Positions 58,058 to 64,000 of a stretch of 64,000 nt of DNA are shown piece after piece. The translations under genes and the position numbers were made by a program. Origin of the DNA: an uncultured delta proteobacterium (lineage in GTDB: Bacteria; Desulfobacterota; Binatia; UBA9968); contig CAVSHR010000005.1 in assembly GCA_963727625.1 (NCBI GenBank), forward strand, positions 768,001 through 832,000, given 5' to 3'. How positions within the stretch are numbered: position 1 is the first letter of the stretch; the number at the start of each line of letters is the position of its first letter. The notes below the pieces were generated by a model, which was not told where the DNA came from, did no database searches, and saw only the letters and a program-made list of their open reading frames with translations.

Positions 58058-58771
58058 TTAATTCAGCGGTATCTGCTCCATCGCTTTGGCCACCCCGTGT
58101 CGGTAGAGCGCGAACAAATTCAGCGACTCCTGCACGGCGTCGAGCACGCGTTGCTGTTTCTCGCCGACGGTATGCTCCGACAAGAACGGCAAAAACATAT
58201 CGCTATGCTCCTCGTCGGCCTGCCGGTGAACGTCGAAGTTCGGCATGTCCCGCCACTTGAGTCCCAAGTCTTCCGTCCAGCGCCGGCCCAAGCGAGTCGA
58301 ATGGCCGCCGCCGAGATCCGTCAACAGACGATCGTCGTTGGTCCATTCCGTGACCGTCAGGGAGCCGAGCCCCTCGAGCCAACTCTTTTCGCGCGTCGCC
58401 CAATCCCAGGCATAGAGCGTGGCTCGGGTCGTCGGCAGCGGATCGACGCTCAAGACCTCTTCGGCCGTCATGCCCACTTTCTCCGCTTGACGCACGATCA
58501 ACTGCAGATGGCCGTATTGAGAATATTGATCTTTGATGACCTCGCCGTACTCGTGTTCGAGAATTTTCTGCTTGATGGCCATCATCGGGCAGTTGCCGGA
58601 CACATGCGCCCAGCAGTCGCGCCGGTGGCGGATGAAGAGCCCCAACTGTGAAATCATAATCTGCGCCCGGCGCCGGTTCATTCTGACGGAAAAATAGTGC
58701 TCCAGCTGAGGCGAGCGCATATGGTCGCGCACCATTTCCCCAATCACTTTCTTCCATTCTGCAACTTTCAT
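58058..58771 (-). CDS. Heme-oxygenase-like dimetal protein, 'RRDCW' subfamily
   Basis: Motifs RHRRDCWAHVSGNCP, EHEYGE-x10-H, TEW and HRQADEEH. Confidence 0.85.
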   Translation of the reverse strand: MKVAEWKKVIGEMVRDHMRSPQLEHYFSVRMNRRRAQIMISQLGLFIRHRRDCWAHVSGNCPMMAIKQKILEHEYGEVIKDQYSQYGHLQLIVRQAEKVGMTAEEVLSVDPLPTTRATLYAWDWATREKSWLEGLGSLTVTEWTNDDRLLTDLGGGHSTRLGRRWTEDLGLKWRDMPNFDVHRQADEEHSDMFLPFLSEHTVGEKQQRVLDAVQESLNLFALYRHGVAKAMEQIPLN

Positions 58772-59018
58772 GGAATTCTCCCGCTTCCGAGACAGCTGAT
58801 TTGCAGTTTACGTCCCAATACGCCCGAAACGTTATCGGATGTCAAATCCGCGCAAACCCATTGCCTATGGCAAATTGACAACCCGGCACAATACTTCTAG
58901 TTCGTCTTTCCGTAAAGAGTGATCCCCGGCAAAACCATAGGCGATGATAAATTTAGTTGTCAGCAGGGGCTCGGCCAACGAGCAAAATTTCCGTTCGAAG
59001 CTAAAACATGATCATCGT

Positions 59019-59753
59019 TCATAGGACCGGTCCGATCAGCTCTCGCCCCAGAAACTCGGTCACCAGCGGCCAGACGAGATCGGCAAGATAGGGCTGATAG
59101 CCGTCCGACTCGGTGGATGCGAAGCCGTGATAGCCGAAGTGAAAGTAGTGCCATTCGAGCGGCTGACCGTTGGCGTGAAAACTTTCCATCACCCGCTGCT
59201 GCACCGGAAAAGTGCTGTGTTGATCGTGACCGCCGTAAAGAATCATCGACGGGCATTGGATTTCGCGTGCGGCGTCGCAGGGATGGCGCGGGCGAATCTT
59301 GTTCGGCTGCTCGTCGCGCACGGAAGGATAATAGGCGACGAAGGCGCGCGCGGCCGGCGTCGCCGCAACGAAGTGAATGCCCAACCGACCGCCCATGCAG
59401 TACCCCACCACGCCGACGCGTGCGCCGTCGACGCCACCGCGCGAAAGGCAATAGCGCCAGCCCTGGTCGATCACGCGCACGAAGTCCGGGTCGGGGGTCT
59501 TGTTCTGGATCTCCGTGCCCTTGTCGATGTGGGTTTCCGCCGGATAACCCAGCATGTGGTACAGATTCGGGATCACGGTCGTGTAGCCGAGCTGGGCGAA
59601 TTTGTAAGCGGCGGTTTTCAAATATCCGGTCAGACCGGAATGCTGATGAATCAGCAAGAGACCGGGCCCTTTCTCTTCACGCTCCGGGTAGGCGATGTAG
59701 CCCTGGATGCCGTCCTCGGTTTCCTTTAAACCGCGTGTCACGACCCTGGCCAT
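59019..59753 (-). CDS. Dienelactone hydrolase family protein
   Basis: GYCMGG nucleophile, LYGGHD and GYHGF. GAGGAGG RBS. Confidence 0.9.
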   Translation of the reverse strand: MARVVTRGLKETEDGIQGYIAYPEREEKGPGLLLIHQHSGLTGYLKTAAYKFAQLGYTTVIPNLYHMLGYPAETHIDKGTEIQNKTPDPDFVRVIDQGWRYCLSRGGVDGARVGVVGYCMGGRLGIHFVAATPAARAFVAYYPSVRDEQPNKIRPRHPCDAAREIQCPSMILYGGHDQHSTFPVQQRVMESFHANGQPLEWHYFHFGYHGFASTESDGYQPYLADLVWPLVTEFLGRELIGPVL

Positions 59754-59800
59754 GAATTCTTTCCTCCTCGTTTCAACATATGAAACCGCCGCAACCGCGA

Positions 59801-60775
59801 TTACGGTTTTTTGTAAAGTTTGGCGAAAAAACCCTCGCGGTCGAGCCTGTCTACGATCGTTGTGTCCATGAAAGTACTGAGCGGCGTGTCTTTCTTCCCC
59901 CTGAATTCGAGAATCGTTTGCACGGCTTCCGGGTCGGCCTTGGGAACACGCTCCAAATAAGTCACCGAGTCATTGTAGAAATTGTCGATCATCTTGGCAT
60001 CGGAAAGACGGGAGTACTTGGCGATGATTTTGAGCGACTGTTCTTTGTGCGTGTTCAAAAAAGCAATGCCCTCGGCATAGGCTTTAATCATCCGCTCGAC
60101 CGCATCCGGATTGCGCTGCAAATAGTCGCGGGTCACCGCGATCATGTTCATCGAATAAGGAATGCCAAGATCGACGAGCCGTGTAAGAACCTTCGCCATG
60201 GATCGCGGCGTCACCCGCAATTCGGAGGTGACTGCGCCGGCGATCAAGTGATTCTGAAAGGCAGCGCCGACTTCGATAGTTCCACCCATCTGTCGCACAT
60301 TCACTGCGCCTTCGAGTCCCGCCTTGCGCAATAGAATCCTTGTCAAATTATCCGTGATCGAGCCGAAGCGCGTGACGCCGAGAGTCTTGCCCCTGAGATC
60401 CTCGAGTTTGTTGATGTCCTGCTGAACAAACAGCCGGTGGTAAGGCCGGTTGGCGGTGGCCGCCACGCCGACAATGGACGCGCCGTTCAAAATCGCGTTG
60501 ATCACCGCGTTGCTTGCCGCACTAGCGACCTGAAGATCCCCGCCGATCAGCGCCTGAACTGACACGGGTCCCGAGGCTATATAGATACTATCTGCATCGA
60601 TCCCGTTCTTATCGAACGCGCCGATGTCTTTCGCCATCCAGATACCTGTCCCCATCGGTCCGATCGACGAGTACGCGACCGTCATTTTGGTCTGCGCCTG
60701 CGCCGAAATTTGGCTCTGAATCAGCAACGCAAATAAAATAATTGTCCATCTCGATATTTTCAATGCCAAACCCAT
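59801..60775 (-). CDS. SsuA/THI5-like ABC substrate-binding protein
   Basis: Signal peptide. Motifs WMAKDIGAFDKNG, GVTRFGS and EGFFAKLY. Paralog of 55676. Confidence 0.9.
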   Translation of the reverse strand: MGLALKISRWTIILFALLIQSQISAQAQTKMTVAYSSIGPMGTGIWMAKDIGAFDKNGIDADSIYIASGPVSVQALIGGDLQVASAASNAVINAILNGASIVGVAATANRPYHRLFVQQDINKLEDLRGKTLGVTRFGSITDNLTRILLRKAGLEGAVNVRQMGGTIEVGAAFQNHLIAGAVTSELRVTPRSMAKVLTRLVDLGIPYSMNMIAVTRDYLQRNPDAVERMIKAYAEGIAFLNTHKEQSLKIIAKYSRLSDAKMIDNFYNDSVTYLERVPKADPEAVQTILEFRGKKDTPLSTFMDTTIVDRLDREGFFAKLYKKP

Positions 60776-60790
60776 GAAAAACTCCTTTCG

Positions 60791-63025
60791 TTAAGCCAAA
60801 CGGTTAGTTTCTTGTATAGCCCGCCAAATTTTTTCCGGCGTCAGCGGCAGCGATTTGATGCGCGCGCCGGTGCTCCAAAAGACCGCATTCGCAATGGCGG
60901 GCGCGACCGGAATGATGCCGCCCTCGCCCAAACCCTTGGCGCCGTAGGGTCCCGGCCCGTTGCCGTCTTCAATGAGAATCGATTCGAACTCCTCCGGTAC
61001 ATCGTCAAAGGTCGGCACCTTGTAATCGACAAGAGAGGAATTGATGATCTGCCCGCCGTCCCACTGGTATGCTTCATAAAAAGTATGACCGATTCCCATC
61101 ATCGCCGAACCTTCGTCCTGTCCCTCGCACTGCAGCGGATGGATCGCCTTGCCGGCGTCGGCGGCGGTGACGTATTTTTCGACGTGAACTTTACCCGTCT
61201 CGCGGTCCACAGACACTTCCACTGCGCCGATGCCGATTTCCCAGAACAGCGGATTGGCCGGTGTCGGCGCCATGCCGCTGTGCGCGTACCCGGTGCCGAC
61301 GAGTTCACCGCCCTGATCGGCGAAGTGTTTGTTGATCAATGCGCCGTAGCTAATTTTCTTGCCGCCTGCGATCGCTTCGCCGTCTCGCAGCGTAATCGCC
61401 TCTTCCGGACATTCGAAATGCTCAACGGCAAGTTCGACGATCTGCCGGCGCGCATCGCTGCCGGCCAGCTCAACCGCTTTGCCCATGACCGTAGTCGAAC
61501 GGCTCGACCCGGTCGACCGGTCGAACGGCGTGAACGCGGTATCGATCGGGCGAATCGTCACGCGCTCCAGCGGCACGCGCAACTCTTCGGCGATGATTTG
61601 GCTCATGACGGTCTTCGCGCCCTGGCCGAGCTCGGCGGTTCCGCACATAAAAACCACGCTGCCGTCGGCGAGCACATGCACCGTCGACGTGGACGCCAGG
61701 GGTGCGCCGGGATCGGTGGTGCCAAAGCCCACTCCCCGGCCATGCCCTTCTTTCGAAAGCGGACCGTCCCAACCCAACTTATCGGTGACGAGCCTCAAAC
61801 CCTTGGCCAGATCGGTGTCCAGCGGCCGATATTTCGGCCGCAACTCTTCGCCTTTTCTGACGAGATTTTTTAACCGCAGCTCCACCGGATCGATGCCAAG
61901 CTTCTGCGCAATGATATCCATCTGCGATTCCGTCGCCCAGGCGGTCTGCGGCCCGCCAATGGAGCGAAACGAAGCGGCCGAAACCGTGTTGGTATAAACG
62001 CAGTAAGAGTTAATTTTTAAATTTGGATAACGATAGGGACCGAGGATGCGTGTCAAGGTGCGTCCGGCAACCGTCGGACCGGTTTCCGCGTAGGCGCCGG
62101 TGTTGAGAAAAATCTCGGCTTGTTTCGCCACCAAGGTGCCGTCTTTCTTAACACCAGTTTTGACTTTGCACGTGATCGCGTGGCGGCGGCAAGTCACCAT
62201 CGCCTCGGCGACCGACGTGACCACCCGAACGGGCCGCTGTGCTTTATGCGCCAGCGCCGCCACCAAGGGCTCAATTTTAGCCCCGGACTTACTGCCATAG
62301 GCGCCCCCGACGAAATTTACGTGAACGCGGACTTTGGATAACGGCGCGTGAAACACTTGCGCGACATCCTGGCGCACGCCGAACGGCTGGCTGGTCGACG
62401 TCCAGATCGTGATGCCATCGCCATCGACCTGGGCGATCGCCGTGTGCGGCTCCATCGAATAGTGATAAATCATTGGGAAGTCGAACTCGTCTTCGACAAT
62501 CACGTCCGACTCGGCGAAACCTGTTTCAACATCGCCCTTGACCAGCTCGTGATGCGCGCAGACATTACGCGCCGCAAAATCATGCAAGCGTGGCGCGCCG
62601 TCGGCCATCGCCTCTTCGACACTGATCACCGCCGGCAATTCTTCGTACTCGACGGCAATTTTCTCCAGGGCCGCTTCCGCCGTCGCCCGATCGATCGCCG
62701 CCACCGCGGCCACCGGCTGGCCGGCATAGATCGCTCGCGCCACTGCGATGATCGGCTGGTCCTTATTTTTGCCGCGTCCGGCAAAGGGGCTGATGTCGGT
62801 AAAGTCTTTGCTCGTCAACACCGCGACGACGCCGGGCATCGCCTCGGCTTGTTTTATATCAATGGACAAAATGCGCGCGTGGGCGTAGGGGCTGCGCAAA
62901 AACTTACCCTCGAGCATTCCGGGAACGATCAGATCGCCTGTGTACTTCGCTTTGCCCGTGACCTTGTCGACTCCATCGACTCGCGGCACCGATTGTCCGA
63001 CAATGGAGAAATTACGCGAATTCAT
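60791..63025 (-). CDS. Xanthine dehydrogenase family molybdopterin-binding (large) subunit
   Basis: Motifs KVTGKAKY, LRSPYAHA, VGGAYGSK, ASFRSIG, ELGQG and GAKGLGE. Confidence 0.93.
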   Translation of the reverse strand: MNSRNFSIVGQSVPRVDGVDKVTGKAKYTGDLIVPGMLEGKFLRSPYAHARILSIDIKQAEAMPGVVAVLTSKDFTDISPFAGRGKNKDQPIIAVARAIYAGQPVAAVAAIDRATAEAALEKIAVEYEELPAVISVEEAMADGAPRLHDFAARNVCAHHELVKGDVETGFAESDVIVEDEFDFPMIYHYSMEPHTAIAQVDGDGITIWTSTSQPFGVRQDVAQVFHAPLSKVRVHVNFVGGAYGSKSGAKIEPLVAALAHKAQRPVRVVTSVAEAMVTCRRHAITCKVKTGVKKDGTLVAKQAEIFLNTGAYAETGPTVAGRTLTRILGPYRYPNLKINSYCVYTNTVSAASFRSIGGPQTAWATESQMDIIAQKLGIDPVELRLKNLVRKGEELRPKYRPLDTDLAKGLRLVTDKLGWDGPLSKEGHGRGVGFGTTDPGAPLASTSTVHVLADGSVVFMCGTAELGQGAKTVMSQIIAEELRVPLERVTIRPIDTAFTPFDRSTGSSRSTTVMGKAVELAGSDARRQIVELAVEHFECPEEAITLRDGEAIAGGKKISYGALINKHFADQGGELVGTGYAHSGMAPTPANPLFWEIGIGAVEVSVDRETGKVHVEKYVTAADAGKAIHPLQCEGQDEGSAMMGIGHTFYEAYQWDGGQIINSSLVDYKVPTFDDVPEEFESILIEDGNGPGPYGAKGLGEGGIIPVAPAIANAVFWSTGARIKSLPLTPEKIWRAIQETNRLA

Positions 63026-63107
63026 GCTCAGTGTGCTCCGGACTCCGGTCGAATTAACTCAGTCCAATCCCAGTCGCTCTTTATCGCTGAGGCGCCGACA
63101 GCGGCCA

Positions 63108-64000
63108 CTAATTTGTGTCGGGGTTCTTCGCCGCGACGATTCGCGAAAGATCTTTTACTCGCCGCGCCAAATTGGGCAGATTGACGATTTGCGCATAGGT
63201 TTTTTTAAATTCCGACATCGGCCGCGCCGGGGTGCCCCAGATCCGGCTGCCGCGCCGGATGATTTTACCGCTTGGAATACCGGCTTGGGCGCCAATCACA
63301 ACCTGATCTTCGATCTTCACTTTATCGCCGATTCCCACTTGCCCGCCGATGACAACGTAATTGCCGATCTCGACGCTCCCCGAGATCCCGGTTTGCGCCG
63401 CAACCACACAGTGCTTGCCGATGCGCACGTTATGCGCGATCTGCACGAGATTGTCGATTTTCGTCCCCCGGCCGATCAAGGTCGTGCCAAGCGAGCCGCG
63501 ATCGATCGTACTGTTGCTGCCGATCTCGACGTCGTCTTCGATAACCACATTGCCCAACTGGGGAAATTTTTGGTGCCGGCCTTCGGCGAATACATAGCCG
63601 AACCCATCGGAACCGATGACGACACCCGAATGCAAGATAACCCGATTGCCGATTCGAACATCGGAATAAATATGAACGCCGGAGTGAAGCACGCATTCCT
63701 CGCCGATCTCCACCCCCCGCCCAATAACCGCTCCCGCGTTGATACACGAGCGCGCGCCGATCTTGGCATCCGCGTCGATCATGACGCCGGGACCGACGCT
63801 GACGCCCTCCGCCAGTTGCGCCCTGGGGTCGATCGTCGCTCTGGGATGCACCGCTTTGTGGACTGGAGGCGGCGGCAGGATCGCAGCAGCGGCGCGTACG
63901 AGGGCGAGTTTGGGATCGGCAACTGCAATTGTCGTGCACTCTTGCAACGAAAATCCTGCGGGTATCAAGATACAGCCCGCCGTCGAATTTGCAGCGCGCT
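63108..64000 (-). CDS. lpxD: UDP-3-O-acyl-glucosamine N-acyltransferase (5' end beyond the window)
   Basis: Hexapeptide repeats, [15 protein letters not shown] and [12 protein letters not shown]. Confidence 0.95.
   Translation of the reverse strand, partial: RAANSTAGCILIPAGFSLQECTTIAVADPKLALVRAAAAILPPPPVHKAVHPRATIDPRAQLAEGVSVGPGVMIDADAKIGARSCINAGAVIGRGVEIGEECVLHSGVHIYSDVRIGNRVILHSGVVIGSDGFGYVFAEGRHQKFPQLGNVVIEDDVEIGSNSTIDRGSLGTTLIGRGTKIDNLVQIAHNVRIGKHCVVAAQTGISGSVEIGNYVVIGGQVGIGDKVKIEDQVVIGAQAGIPSGKIIRRGSRIWGTPARPMSEFKKTYAQIVNLPNLARRVKDLSRIVAAKNPDTN

Noticed and set aside
38127-58771. Calling the HDO genes tenA or pqqC (thiamine salvage or PQQ synthesis)
   Set aside because: They keep a CADD-like dimetal ligand set, and I saw no thi or pqq genes or TPP riboswitch in the window.
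60791-63025. Aerobic CO dehydrogenase CoxL
   Set aside because: It lacks AYRCSFR/AYRGAGR, and there are no coxM/coxS neighbours.
1-64000. CRISPR array, prophage, transposase or rRNA
   Set aside because: I recognised no repeat-spacer periodicity, phage or transposase motifs, or rRNA signatures.

Overview
GC-rich bacterial chromosomal window. Gene content (expanded UbiD, SsuA/THI5-type binding proteins, TTT transporter, ACIII) looks like Candidatus Binatia or a related deltaproteobacterial lineage; this is inference. The left half is housekeeping and envelope: tRNA-Sec, a complete alternative complex III plus caa3 (A2-type) oxidase operon, an OmpA lipoprotein, mscL, ydbH-ydbL, tamAB, proC and a membrane-fused spermidine-synthase-like protein. 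It also holds a stand-alone UbiD that resembles the phthaloyl-CoA decarboxylase clade. The right half (about 37.6-63 kb) is a catabolic-looking region with SIX heme-oxygenase-like dimetal (HDO; TenA/PqqC/CADD fold) proteins in two subfamilies I do not recognise as characterised. One carries an 'RRDCW' motif (4 copies). The other carries 'DEFxHPxPPGH' (2 copies, each heading a UbiD module). They are interleaved with three more UbiD decarboxylases, a gentisate-dioxygenase-like cupin, TctCAB, orphan SsuA/THI5-type proteins (one without a signal peptide), a GGT, a VOC protein, a dienelactone hydrolase and an orphan Mo-hydroxylase subunit. This HDO/UbiD cluster is the best candidate for an undescribed system. 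Also seen: a candidate structured ncRNA at about 13.64-13.91 kb, two cryptic pseudogenes and a family of short periodic intergenic repeats. All calls come from reading motifs by eye; no searches were run.
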